From Sphingomonadaceae bacterium (GTDB lineage: Bacteria; Pseudomonadota; Alphaproteobacteria; Sphingomonadales; Sphingomonadaceae): a stretch of DNA of 50,464 nucleotides. The DNA is taken from positions 1 to 50,464 of the forward strand of contig CANJSX010000001.1 in assembly GCA_947477055.1 (NCBI GenBank). The letters run 5' to 3'. Position 1 is the stretch's first letter. Every line of letters starts with the position of its first letter. The translations under genes and the position numbers were made by a program. This document shows positions 28,963 through 38,348 of this stretch, piece by piece. Below the pieces are notes generated by a model. That model was not told the DNA's origin. It saw only the letters and a list, made by a program, of their open reading frames with translations, and did no database searches.

Positions 28963-30552
28963 TTAAGCCGCACGTTCGAGCAGCGCCGTCTCATCGCGGT
29001 GCGCGCGGCGAGCGATGGCCAGCATCAGCAGTACGATCGGCGCGCCGACAATGTTGATACTCAGCATGGCAAAGCGCAGATCGCCGGTGCCATCCGAAAC
29101 GACCCCGACGACATAAGGCCCGATGCCGAGCCCGGTAATCGTCGCCGCGAGCAGATAGACGCTGCCCATCACCGCACGCATCCGCGGCAACACCTGCTCA
29201 TACATGATCGCATAGAGCGGCGGCAGCCAGCCGGTGAGGATCAGGCTGTAGGGGATGAAGCGCAGGTAGAAGCTGGTGGGATCGGGCGCGTGATAGACCC
29301 AGATCGCCATGACCGGCGAAACCCCCATGGCGAAGAGCGATACCCAGGCCCGGCCCCGGCCCGGCAGGCGCAGCTGCAGCCAGTCGGAGAGGATGCCCCA
29401 GATCAGATGGCCGAAGATCCCGCTCGCCGCCGAAAGCAGGCCGAACTGCAGCGCGGTGTCCTGGGTCGAGAGGCCATAGGTGCGCATCAGGAAGCTGGGA
29501 TTGAAGCCCATCATCCCGTAATTGACCACCGACTGCAGCGAGCCGACCGCCATGCACATGATCAGCGTCGGCGATTTGGCGATGACGCGGTAGGCTTGGG
29601 GATCAGTCCGGACCATGTTCTGGACCATGTTGACCAGCGCAATCAGGCCAAACCCGATCACGCCCCACTGCAGCGCATGCGGGCTCATGCTGAACACCCC
29701 GAAATCGAGCGAGGGACGCGGGGCAAAGTCGCTGCACAGGTGATAGAGCCCCCACATCGCCGCCACGATCAGGCCGATCAGGCCGAGGTTGCGGCGCCAT
29801 TGCGCCCCGCTCGCCTTGCCGCGGGCCATCGCCAGCCAGCTGAACACCGGCAGGACCGCCGCAAAGACGTTCCAGCTGGCGCGGAACGGCGCGGGATCGG
29901 GCGGGGTTGAGATGCCGTCCATCGCCCCGCGCTCCGGCTCCTGCAGCCGCCACATGAAGAGCGACAGCACGAAGCCCGGCACCGAAGCGACGAGGAAGGC
30001 AAACTGCCAGCCCTTCAGCCCGAGCGGCGCGGTGCCGCCGGGATAGGCATTGCCCCACCAGGCAGCGGCCACCCCGCCGAGTACCAGCGAGCCGCCGATC
30101 CCCAGCGAGATCGCCGACGACAGCACCGCCATGACAAACCCCCGGCGATGCTTGGGCCAGTAGTCATAAAGCATCGAGGTGCCGGCCGGCTGCGAACTGG
30201 CCTCGCCGATCCCGACTCCGAGCCGCGAAACAGCCAGCATCGCAAAGCCCGAGGCCATGGCCCCGAAGGCGGTCGCGCCCGACCAGAAGGCAAGCGAGAT
30301 CGAGAGCAGCTTGACCCGGCTCCAGCCGTCCGCCAGCCGCCCCAGCGGCAGCGAAAACAGCGCGTAGAACAGGCCGAACACGGTGCCATACAGCAGCCCC
30401 ATCTCGGCATCGCCGACACCGAGATCGGCCTTGATCGCCGGAGCGAGGATGGCCAGGATCTGCCGGTCAAGCAGGCTCACCGCCTGGGTCAACGCGACCA
30501 GCAACAGCGCATAGCGCGCAGTGGGCGTGATGATCCGCGGTGGTGCTTCCAT
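28963..30552 (-). CDS. MFS transporter (spinster/aromatic-uptake type)
   Basis: LDRQILAILAPAIKADL, GRLADGWSR, RLGVGIGEA; last gene of the ligW-containing run. Confidence 0.9.
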   Translation of the reverse strand: MEAPPRIITPTARYALLLVALTQAVSLLDRQILAILAPAIKADLGVGDAEMGLLYGTVFGLFYALFSLPLGRLADGWSRVKLLSISLAFWSGATAFGAMASGFAMLAVSRLGVGIGEASSQPAGTSMLYDYWPKHRRGFVMAVLSSAISLGIGGSLVLGGVAAAWWGNAYPGGTAPLGLKGWQFAFLVASVPGFVLSLFMWRLQEPERGAMDGISTPPDPAPFRASWNVFAAVLPVFSWLAMARGKASGAQWRRNLGLIGLIVAAMWGLYHLCSDFAPRPSLDFGVFSMSPHALQWGVIGFGLIALVNMVQNMVRTDPQAYRVIAKSPTLIMCMAVGSLQSVVNYGMMGFNPSFLMRTYGLSTQDTALQFGLLSAASGIFGHLIWGILSDWLQLRLPGRGRAWVSLFAMGVSPVMAIWVYHAPDPTSFYLRFIPYSLILTGWLPPLYAIMYEQVLPRMRAVMGSVYLLAATITGLGIGPYVVGVVSDGTGDLRFAMLSINIVGAPIVLLMLAIARRAHRDETALLERAA

Positions 30553-30594
30553 GTCCTGTCCTCTTCCGTAACCGGTCCGTGCCGGCCCTTGTTT

Positions 30595-31650
30595 CTAGAG
30601 CTTGAACCAGCGCTCGGCGTTGGTCTGCATCAGCTTCTTCTTCTGCGCGTCAGTGATCGCCAGATCGTCGTGCATCCGCACTTCGTCGGCGACGTATTCG
30701 TAAGGGTAATCCATCGCGTAGAGCACCCGGTCCTCGCCCATCACCTCGATCATCAGCTTGATCGCGGGTTCAAACGGCATGCCGCTGGTGGTGCCGAGGA
30801 TATTGTTGCGCATGTAGTGGAACAGGTCATGCTCCAGCGGCTTGATCGCCGGATACCGCTGCGAGCGCACCCCGGCGAGATGCATGTAATTGGTGCGGTA
30901 GAGCCAGTAGGGCAGCGCCTCGCAGCCATGCCCGGCCATCACTTGCAGCGTGGGATAGCGATCGAACACCCCGGCGGTCAGCAGCCGCAGCAGGTGAAAG
31001 GCAGTCTCAACCCCGAAGCCGAACGCCGCGCCATCCAGCCCGGCCTCGACCATGGTGCCGATCATCGCATCGGGCGGCGATTGCGGGTGGATATAGAGCA
31101 CCTGGTCCGCCTCGACGCAGGCCCTCAGGATCGCATCGAACTGCGGCTCATCGAGATAGTGCCCCTGGGTGTGGCTGTTGACCATCACGCCCTTAAAGCC
31201 GAGCTCCTGCGCCCCGCGCCGGATCTCCTGCGCCGACCATGCCGCGTCCTGCGGGGCGATGCTGGTCATGCCGTAGAAGCGGGTCGGATAGCGTTCGCAA
31301 GCGTCCCCCAGCTTGTCGTTGGCCCGGCTGACGATGCCCTTGGCCTCATCCGCATCGAGCATCGGCTGGACGCCGGGCGAGGTGAAGGAGAGGATCGCCT
31401 TGTCGATCCCGGTCGAATCCATATCGGCGATGCGGCGTTCGCCAAGGTCCATCAGCCGGTCCATGATCAACTGGGCGCGTTCCGAGGTGCTGGTGGCGTA
31501 GAAGCCCCACAGCGAGGTGGTCGCCTTGTCGGCAGTGCCGTCCCTGACCATGCGGACATAGACGTCGATCTGCTCGCGGGTGGCGAAGGCTTCCTCGGCG
31601 GCGATGCGCAGGTAACCGCGGTCCCCGCCGGTCTTGAGTTCGTGAGTCAT
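30595..31650 (-). CDS. ligW: 5-carboxyvanillate decarboxylase (amidohydrolase family)
   Basis: Nearly colinear with Novosphingobium LigW as recalled (LKTGG..GYLRIA.EEAFATRE...SLWGFYA...LDGA.FGFGVET...YAMDYPY). Metal-ligand motifs EEAF, YIHP and AMD are conserved. Confidence 0.85.
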   Translation of the reverse strand: MTHELKTGGDRGYLRIAAEEAFATREQIDVYVRMVRDGTADKATTSLWGFYATSTSERAQLIMDRLMDLGERRIADMDSTGIDKAILSFTSPGVQPMLDADEAKGIVSRANDKLGDACERYPTRFYGMTSIAPQDAAWSAQEIRRGAQELGFKGVMVNSHTQGHYLDEPQFDAILRACVEADQVLYIHPQSPPDAMIGTMVEAGLDGAAFGFGVETAFHLLRLLTAGVFDRYPTLQVMAGHGCEALPYWLYRTNYMHLAGVRSQRYPAIKPLEHDLFHYMRNNILGTTSGMPFEPAIKLMIEVMGEDRVLYAMDYPYEYVADEVRMHDDLAITDAQKKKLMQTNAERWFKL

Positions 31651-31671
31651 AAATCCTCCCCGATTATATTC

Positions 31672-33102
31672 TCAGATGCCTTCGTGGATCGAGCGCGTGG
31701 CCATGCAGGCGAGCACGCCCTCCGGCCCGTCCTCGGCCCCGTGGCCAGACCAGCGGACCCCGCCGAACGGCGCGTCGGCCGAAGCGACCATGCCGGTGTT
31801 GAGCGCGATCATGCCGGACTCGAGGTCGCTCGAGAGCCGCTGCTTGCGGCGCTCATTGCCGGTCCAGGCATAGGCGGCGAGGCCATAGGGCAGCCGGTTG
31901 GCCTCGGCGATCATCGCCTCTTCACCCTTGAACGGGTTGATCAGCGCGACCGGGCCGAAGGGTTCCTCGTTCATCGCCATGGCATCGAGCGGGATCTCGG
32001 AGAGCACAGTGGGGGCAAAGAAGAAGCCCCGGTTGCCGATCCGCTCACCGCCGGTGTGGAGCTTGGCGCCGCGCGCCACGGCATCGGCGACCAGCCGCTC
32101 CATCGCTTCGGGCCGGCGGGGATTGGCCATTGGGCCCATCTGCACCCCGTCTTCAAGGCCATTGCCGACCTTGATCGCCCCCATCCGCGCGGCGAAGCCA
32201 TCGCGGAAGCGCTCGAACACGTCTTCCTCGACGATGAAGCGGGTCGGCGAGACGCAGACCTGGCCGCAGTTGCGGGTCTTGGAAGCGACCAGCGTATCGA
32301 GCGCGCGTTCGAGATCGGAATCGCCGAACACCAGCACCGGGCCATGCCCGCCCAGCTCCATCGTGGTGCGCAGCATGTTGTCTGCGGCGAGCTTGACGAG
32401 GTGCTTGCCGACCACGGTCGAGCCAGTGAACGAGAGCTTGCGCACGATCGGGCTCGCCAGCAGATGCCGGCTGACCTCATCGGGCACGCCGTACACGGCC
32501 TGCGCCACCTGCGGGGGCAGGCCGGCATCGAGCAGCGCCTGAAGCACCGCGAGGGCCGAAGCCGGGGTTTCCTCGGCGCATTTGAGGATGACAGAGCAGC
32601 CCGCGGCGATCGGCCCGCCGAGCTTGCGGCCCGGATTGGCGATCGGGAAGTTCCACGGCGCAAAGGCGGCGACCACGCCGACCGGCTCATGCGTGACGGT
32701 GGAACGCTGGCCTTCGGGGCGGACCAGGATGCGGCCGTACAGCCGCTGGCATTCGCCCGCGTAGAAATTGAACAGGGCGGCGACCATGCCGACTTCGCCC
32801 TTGGCTTCGGTAAAGGTCTTGCCTTCTTCCATGGTGGCGGCGCGGGCGATGTCGTCGGCCCGCTCCAGCAGCAGGCGGGCAGCGCCCTGCAGCACACCGG
32901 CACGCTTGGCCGCCGGGGCCTTGCGCCAGATCGCGAAGCCTTCTTCCGCCACTTCCAGCGCCCGGTCAAGATCGGCCGGGTCGGCCAGCGGCAGTTCGCC
33001 CAGCGGATCGCCCGTGGCGGGGTTGAACACGGTGAAGGTCCGCCGGCCACCGCCAGACACCTTCTCGCCATTGATGATCATATAGAGCTGGGGGTAGGTC
33101 AT
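31672..33102 (-). CDS. ferD: NAD-dependent aromatic aldehyde dehydrogenase (FerD-like)
   Basis: PWNFP, SFTGST, MELGG, GQVC, EEPFGP ALDH motifs. The symbol is inferred from synteny with ligW and pcfL. Confidence 0.65.
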   Translation of the reverse strand: MTYPQLYMIINGEKVSGGGRRTFTVFNPATGDPLGELPLADPADLDRALEVAEEGFAIWRKAPAAKRAGVLQGAARLLLERADDIARAATMEEGKTFTEAKGEVGMVAALFNFYAGECQRLYGRILVRPEGQRSTVTHEPVGVVAAFAPWNFPIANPGRKLGGPIAAGCSVILKCAEETPASALAVLQALLDAGLPPQVAQAVYGVPDEVSRHLLASPIVRKLSFTGSTVVGKHLVKLAADNMLRTTMELGGHGPVLVFGDSDLERALDTLVASKTRNCGQVCVSPTRFIVEEDVFERFRDGFAARMGAIKVGNGLEDGVQMGPMANPRRPEAMERLVADAVARGAKLHTGGERIGNRGFFFAPTVLSEIPLDAMAMNEEPFGPVALINPFKGEEAMIAEANRLPYGLAAYAWTGNERRKQRLSSDLESGMIALNTGMVASADAPFGGVRWSGHGAEDGPEGVLACMATRSIHEGI

Positions 33103-33214
33103 GCTTGTTCCTCATCCTGGCCGATACGCCGTTGCGCCATCTGCACTGCGCGCGGGGGCCGCAATTCCGCACCGGGGCCGCAATTGCAACCCCGGCGCGG
33201 CAAAGGAATCTGCC

Positions 33215-33961
33215 TCAGCCCTTTTTCTTGGCGTTTTCGCGATCGATGTCGCCCTGCCAACGTCCGGCGACGATCTCTTCGCCGGTGATCGGATGCTTGA
33301 AGTGGAACGGGAACAGCTTGTGAGTCGGCCACAGCCAGTGGTCGTCGACCAGCTCGTCCGGACCGGTCGGGTCGGTCGGATAGGTTATCCGCGGGAACGG
33401 GACATATTCCTCAGGGGTATAGGCCCAGCCGGTCTCGAAATCGGCATGCCAGTGAGGCCAGTAGTTGAGGTGGTGGATGCGCCACTTGCCGTCCACCTTC
33501 TTGTAGGTGTTCTCATAGATGCCGCCTTCCCACCACTGGCGCACGCCGAGTGCGGGGTTCTCCGGATCGGTATAATCCTTGTGGCGGCCGGCCTGCATGG
33601 TCGAGCGGGCGCGGACCTTGGCGGTCACGCCGTCGGGCAGGATCGTGACGATGTCCTGCAGCTGCGGGTGATCGAGCAGAAAGCCGTCGATCGGGCCGTT
33701 GATGCCGTGAGTGAAACGCTTCTGGAAGCGTTCGACATAGAGCCGGCGCGCGCCGTCCTTGCCCTTCCAAGTACCGCCGAAGAAAGTGACCATACCATCA
33801 TCGGTGAACAGATCGATCACCTCGTTGTAGAGGCACTTGTCGATCAGATAGCCATAGGTGAACTGCAACTTGCGCACATCGAGCTCATCCTCGCGGATCT
33901 GCAGGCGGCGTTCCATGTCTGCCAGCCTGGTTTCCAGGGCGGCGACGCGATCTTCAGACAT
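33215..33961 (-). CDS. pcfL: NTF2/SnoaL-fold gamma-formaldehyde lyase (PcfL/LdpA family)
   Basis: LQFTYGYLIDK, LLDHPQLQDIV, MQAGRH, WWEGGIYENTY.K.DG.WRI. The symbol is from family recall and synteny. Confidence 0.65.
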   Translation of the reverse strand: MSEDRVAALETRLADMERRLQIREDELDVRKLQFTYGYLIDKCLYNEVIDLFTDDGMVTFFGGTWKGKDGARRLYVERFQKRFTHGINGPIDGFLLDHPQLQDIVTILPDGVTAKVRARSTMQAGRHKDYTDPENPALGVRQWWEGGIYENTYKKVDGKWRIHHLNYWPHWHADFETGWAYTPEEYVPFPRITYPTDPTGPDELVDDHWLWPTHKLFPFHFKHPITGEEIVAGRWQGDIDRENAKKKG

Positions 33962-34021
33962 CAGGCATTCCTCCGGTGTTTATAACATCTGTTAGTTTTG
34001 TGGCGACACGGGCGATGCGAG

Positions 34022-35425
34022 TCAACCGCCCAGCGCCTCAAGCCGCTCCACTTCCTCGCGGTAGGGGCGGATCGCCTTGAACATGAAGAAGGTCGCAAGC
34101 GGCAGCAGCGCCACGGCGGTGATGACCAGCGCCTTCCACAGCTGCTGTTCGTCACCGACCACGAGATCCTGCACCAGCCCGACGACATAGCTGCCGATCG
34201 CGCCGAAGAAGGTGAACATGAACAGATAGATCGCCGTCACCTGGCCGCGCATGGCGTTGGGGGCGATGCGCTGGATCGCGGCGTTCTGCGGCACCGCTCC
34301 GGCCAGACCGAACATCGCGCCGACCCCGAAGGTGATCAGCGCCGCCCAGCCATTGGGCATCAGCGGCCCGGCAATCGCGCAGATCGTGACCATCGAGAAG
34401 CAGATCGTCGCGGCGCGGACATTGGCGTCCTTGTGCTTCTTGGCCAGCCATTCGACCAGCACGCCGCCGATTACCAGCCCGGATAGCGAGGCCGTGAGGG
34501 TGATTGCGCCGATTGCCGCGCCGATCTCGCCCTCGTTCCAGCCGTAGGTGCGAATCATGAAGGGGGTGCGCCAGAATTGCAGCCCGAAAGTGTCGACCGC
34601 ACTCAGCGCCAGAGCGCCGAACAGCGGCAGATAGACCTTGGGCCGGCTGAAGATCGCCTTAAATGCATCGAGCCCCATGAAAGTCAGCACCCGGCGCGAA
34701 AGCCGCGCATCGGACGGCGGCTGCACTGTGTCGGTCGCCGGTATCAGCCGGGGCGGCTCCTTGACGGTCAGGAACAGCAGTCCGATCAGGATCGAGGGCA
34801 GGCCGGCGAAGATCAGGATCCACTGCCAGCCGCGAATCATCAGCGGGCCGACGTGAGTCGGCTCCCAGCCGCCCATCGTCATCACCAGATAGCCGCCCAG
34901 CAGCGGCCCGAGCGTGGTGCCGCCGATGAAGCCGAATTGCAGCAGAGCGAAGGCGCGGGTCAGCTTCTTGGGCGGAAAGGAATCGGCCAGAATCGAATAG
35001 GACGAAGGCGCATGCGCCGATCCGCCAGCAGAGAGGAATACGCGGCTGGCGATGAACTGGTAGAAATTCTGCGCAAACCCGCCGAGCGAGATGATCGAGC
35101 CGACCACGACTGCACTGCTGGCCAGCACCAGCCGGCGCGGATAGATATCCGCCAGCCGGGCGATCGGGATGCCGACGAAGATATAGATGATGATCCCGGC
35201 CGGACCGGCGAGAAAGCCGAGCTGCGAATCGGTCAGCCCGAAATCATGCTTCACCCGCTCACCGAGCATGCCGAAGATGACCTGGTCGAAGAAGGTCATG
35301 CCGGTGGCGAGCACGATCACCGTAAGCCCCCAATAGGCCGAGGCGGTCGAGGGCCACTGCCGTTCGGATGGTTGGCTTACTGTGCCGTCGTCACCCGTTG
35401 CGACCGGAGTCGGGCCAACTGCCAT
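34022..35425 (-). CDS. MFS transporter (probable aromatic-dimer uptake)
   Basis: FFDQ...DFGLTDSQLG...RLADIYPRR; about 12 TMs; ATG 35425 preceded by GAGAGGAAG. Confidence 0.88.
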   Translation of the reverse strand: MAVGPTPVATGDDGTVSQPSERQWPSTASAYWGLTVIVLATGMTFFDQVIFGMLGERVKHDFGLTDSQLGFLAGPAGIIIYIFVGIPIARLADIYPRRLVLASSAVVVGSIISLGGFAQNFYQFIASRVFLSAGGSAHAPSSYSILADSFPPKKLTRAFALLQFGFIGGTTLGPLLGGYLVMTMGGWEPTHVGPLMIRGWQWILIFAGLPSILIGLLFLTVKEPPRLIPATDTVQPPSDARLSRRVLTFMGLDAFKAIFSRPKVYLPLFGALALSAVDTFGLQFWRTPFMIRTYGWNEGEIGAAIGAITLTASLSGLVIGGVLVEWLAKKHKDANVRAATICFSMVTICAIAGPLMPNGWAALITFGVGAMFGLAGAVPQNAAIQRIAPNAMRGQVTAIYLFMFTFFGAIGSYVVGLVQDLVVGDEQQLWKALVITAVALLPLATFFMFKAIRPYREEVERLEALGG

Positions 35426-35483
35426 GAAATTGCTTCCTCTCTCGATCGCAGGGATTTTTATCCCTGTCGTTGCGTCCCGGAAA

Positions 35484-35504
35484 TTTGTAAGTATACAATA
35501 CAAA
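35484..35504. promoter_or_regulatory. Candidate operator in the divergent lignin-gene promoter
   Basis: TTTGTA-AGTATACAA-TACAAA inverted repeat with internal GTATAC in an AT-rich island. Confidence 0.45.
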
Positions 35505-35563
35505 AAGGCGAGCAAAAAATATGCCGGCTTCCCCAAGGGAGCGGCACAGCATGGGGAGTGAGC

Positions 35564-36484
35564 ATGACTGACGTGGCAGGCAAGACCTCATTTGTGACCG
35601 GCGGCGCCTCGGGCATCGGCCTCGGCATTGCCAAGGCACTACTGGGCGCGGGGTCAAATGTGGTGATCGCCGACATCCGTGACGACCATCTGGACGCAGC
35701 GGTGAAGGAACTGGATGGCGGCGACCGGGTCCTCGCCCTGAAGCTCGACGTGACGAATCGCCAAGCTTATGCTGCTGCGGCGGATGCCGCCGAGGCGAAG
35801 TTCGGCAAGATCCACATACTCGTCAACAACGCCGGGGTCGGCCTCGGCGGGCCGACCGAGCTGGCGAGCTTCAACGACTGGGACTGGGTCAACGGCGTCA
35901 ATGTCGGCGGCGTAATCAACGGCGTGGCGATCATCCTGCCGCGCATCCTCGCGCATGGCGAAGGCGGGCACATTGTCAGCACCGCCTCGATGGGCGCGCT
36001 GGTGCCGGTCGGCGGCTCGACGATCTATTGTGCGGGCAAGGCCTATGTCTGCTCGATGATGGAATGCATGCGCACCGAGCTTGAGTCCCGGGGCGTGATC
36101 ACCGCCGCCTTCTGCCCCGGCGCGGTCCAGACCAATATCGCCCAGTCGGGCAAGACCCGCCCCCCAGAACTCTCCGACGCCGGCCTTGCCGCCGCCGACC
36201 GGCCCCGGCAGTCGGCGGGCGACCTCAGCCACCTGTTCCAGACCAAGGAAGAGGTCGGCCAGCGCGTGCTGCGGGGTATCCGCAACGACGAACTCTATAT
36301 CCTCACCCACAGCGAATTTATTGACGGTGTGCGCGAACGCGGCGAAGCGACGACCCTGGCGGTGCAGGATCACCTGCCGGAAAACGCCGAATACAAGGCC
36401 ATCTTCGCGATGCTGTTCCGCAACCCCGCGATCACCGAGGAGATCGAGCGGCAGAAGCGACTGAAGGCCCAACGCCAGGAGTGA
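35564..36484 (+). CDS. ligN: SDR C-alpha dehydrogenase (LigN-like)
   Basis: TGGASGIG, NNAG, YCAGK, DWDWV.GVN..GVING; resembles LigD/L/N/O-family enzymes as recalled. Confidence 0.65.
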   Translation: MTDVAGKTSFVTGGASGIGLGIAKALLGAGSNVVIADIRDDHLDAAVKELDGGDRVLALKLDVTNRQAYAAAADAAEAKFGKIHILVNNAGVGLGGPTELASFNDWDWVNGVNVGGVINGVAIILPRILAHGEGGHIVSTASMGALVPVGGSTIYCAGKAYVCSMMECMRTELESRGVITAAFCPGAVQTNIAQSGKTRPPELSDAGLAAADRPRQSAGDLSHLFQTKEEVGQRVLRGIRNDELYILTHSEFIDGVRERGEATTLAVQDHLPENAEYKAIFAMLFRNPAITEEIERQKRLKAQRQE

Positions 36485-36488
36485 TGCC

Positions 36489-36953
36489 ATGCCCAGCTAC
36501 GCCGAAGACCGCGCCGAAATCGAAGACCTCATGGCCCGCTACCTGTTCGCCTTCGACTGGGGTGATGGCGATGCCTATATCGCCTGCTTCACCGAGGACG
36601 GCGAGGTGGACTGGGCTCGCGAAACCACCAAGGGCCACGCCGCGCTCAAGGCGATGTGCGCCGGGTTCAAGGAGCACATCTCCAAGATCATGGGCGACGT
36701 CCCGCACCGCCACTTCCTCGCCCAGACCGCAATCACCGTGACCGGCGATACCGCGCAGTGCCGCGCGATCTGGTTCGAGGTGGCGCGCCGCGACGACGGC
36801 TTCGGCAAGGCCAGCTTCGGCCATTACGAGGATGCGCTGGTGCGCCAGGGTGGCCGCTGGCTGTTCAAGCGCCGCAAGGTCTACAACGAATTCCTGCCGG
36901 GACGCACCGCGGCAGCGCTCAATCCGATCCGCGAAGAGGGAATGCCCAGATGA
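36489..36953 (+). CDS. SnoaL-like/NTF2 domain protein
   Basis: DRAEIEDLMARYLFAFDWGD....CFTEDG...RHF...GHYEDALVR..GRWLFKRR; stop overlaps the next start (ATGA). Confidence 0.88.
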   Translation: MPSYAEDRAEIEDLMARYLFAFDWGDGDAYIACFTEDGEVDWARETTKGHAALKAMCAGFKEHISKIMGDVPHRHFLAQTAITVTGDTAQCRAIWFEVARRDDGFGKASFGHYEDALVRQGGRWLFKRRKVYNEFLPGRTAAALNPIREEGMPR

Positions 36954-37867
36954 AGGATTTTGCCGGCCGCACGGCCTTTGTCACTGGCGGCGCCAATGGC
37001 GTCGGCATCGGCCTGGTGCGGGCGCTACTGAACGAGGGATGCAAGGTCGCCATCGCCGATATCAGGCAGGATTCGATCGACCATGCACTCAAGACGCTCG
37101 ACAACCGCGAAGTGATGGGCGTCCAGCTCGATATCGCCAATCGCGCTGACTACAAGACGGCGGCCGACGAGGTCGAGGCCCGCCTCGGCCCGGTCTCGAT
37201 CCTGTGCAACAACGCCGGGGTCAACCTGTTCCAGCCGATTGAGGAAAGCAGCTTCGACGATTGGGACTGGCTGATGGGGGTCAACCTCCAGGGTGTGATC
37301 AACGGCGTCGGCACCTTCGTGCCGCGCATGGTCGAGCGGGTGAAGGCCGGGACGCAGCAGGGCGGCCATGTGCTCAACACCGCCTCGATGGCTGCCTTCC
37401 TCTCGTCCGGCGCGCCCGGTATCTACAACACCACCAAGGCGGCAGTGCGCGCGCTTTCGGAATCGCTGCGCTACAGCCTGCTGCAATATGGCATCGGCGT
37501 TTCGGTGCTCTGCCCGGGCCTCGTGAAGAGCTACATCTACGCCAGCGACGACATCCGCCCCGATGCACTCAAGAGCGCGATGAAGCCGGTCGACAAGGGC
37601 GCCGTCGAACGCCTCGCCGGGGTTCACGACTATGGCATGGAGCCCGACGTGATCGGTGCCCGGGCGATCCAGGGGATCAAGGACAACAGCCTCTACATCT
37701 TCTCACACCCCGACCATAAGGACGAGCTGCGCGAGGTGTTCGACTATATTCTGGCGCATTATCGCGACTATCCGAAGGATCCCGGCTTCGACCAGCGGAT
37801 CGCCTTCGAGAAGTTCCGCTACGATGCCGGGGTCGAAACCCGGCGCAAATCGCTCGCGGCGGAGTGA
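36950..37867 (+). CDS. ligO: SDR C-alpha dehydrogenase (LigO-like)
   Basis: KDFAGRTAFVTGGANGVGIG, NNAGVNLFQPIEESS, GIYNTTK; very similar to the N. aromaticivorans SDR Saro_0793 as recalled. Confidence 0.65.
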   Translation: MKDFAGRTAFVTGGANGVGIGLVRALLNEGCKVAIADIRQDSIDHALKTLDNREVMGVQLDIANRADYKTAADEVEARLGPVSILCNNAGVNLFQPIEESSFDDWDWLMGVNLQGVINGVGTFVPRMVERVKAGTQQGGHVLNTASMAAFLSSGAPGIYNTTKAAVRALSESLRYSLLQYGIGVSVLCPGLVKSYIYASDDIRPDALKSAMKPVDKGAVERLAGVHDYGMEPDVIGARAIQGIKDNSLYIFSHPDHKDELREVFDYILAHYRDYPKDPGFDQRIAFEKFRYDAGVETRRKSLAAE

Positions 37868-37910
37868 TCGGGTCGGTTGCGGTTCAGGCAGCCATCGCTA
37901 TTGCGGTGAC

Positions 37911-38342
37911 ATGATGAACCGCAGCCTGATCGCCATCGCCCCGCTCGCTATCGCCCTTTGCGTCCTGCTCCCCCAGGCTGCGCGGGCCGCCGATCCGCCG
38001 GCAGCGGTCGCCCCGGTGGTAAAGCCGCTCCCGCCCGAGGATGAAGTCGCGCTGCGCTGCGGAGTGATCTTCGCCCTTGGCGCCAAGGCACAGGAACGCG
38101 GCGCGCCGGGCAGCGCAGGCTGGACCGGCCTCGCCACGCGCGGCCGCGAGTTCTTCGCCCGCGCCGGAGCCAAGGCGATGGACGACACCGGCATGACCCG
38201 CGACCAGCTGCGCTCCGCTTCGATCGGGATGGCCATCGCCCTCACCGGTGAACTCAGCGGCGCGCCCGATACAGACAAGGCGCTGGCCGCGAAGGTCGAT
38301 GCCTGCCTGCCGCTGCTGGGGGTTACCCCCACAGCGCAGTGA
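37911..38342 (+). CDS. Hypothetical exported protein
   Basis: Signal peptide ending ARA-AD, two Cys (LRC...DACLP), GREFF motif. Confidence 0.75.
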   Translation: MMNRSLIAIAPLAIALCVLLPQAARAADPPAAVAPVVKPLPPEDEVALRCGVIFALGAKAQERGAPGSAGWTGLATRGREFFARAGAKAMDDTGMTRDQLRSASIGMAIALTGELSGAPDTDKALAAKVDACLPLLGVTPTAQ

Positions 38343-38348
38343 TGCGGC

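Noticed and set aside
30148-33288. 1046-aa plus-strand ORF
   Set aside because: Antisense shadow of ligW/ferD with no motifs; typical of high-GC codon bias.
34577-35563. Apparent 329-aa N-terminal extension (fusion) on the LigN-like SDR
   Set aside because: Antisense to the MFS gene; the SDR starts at ATG 35564 after a GGGGAG SD.
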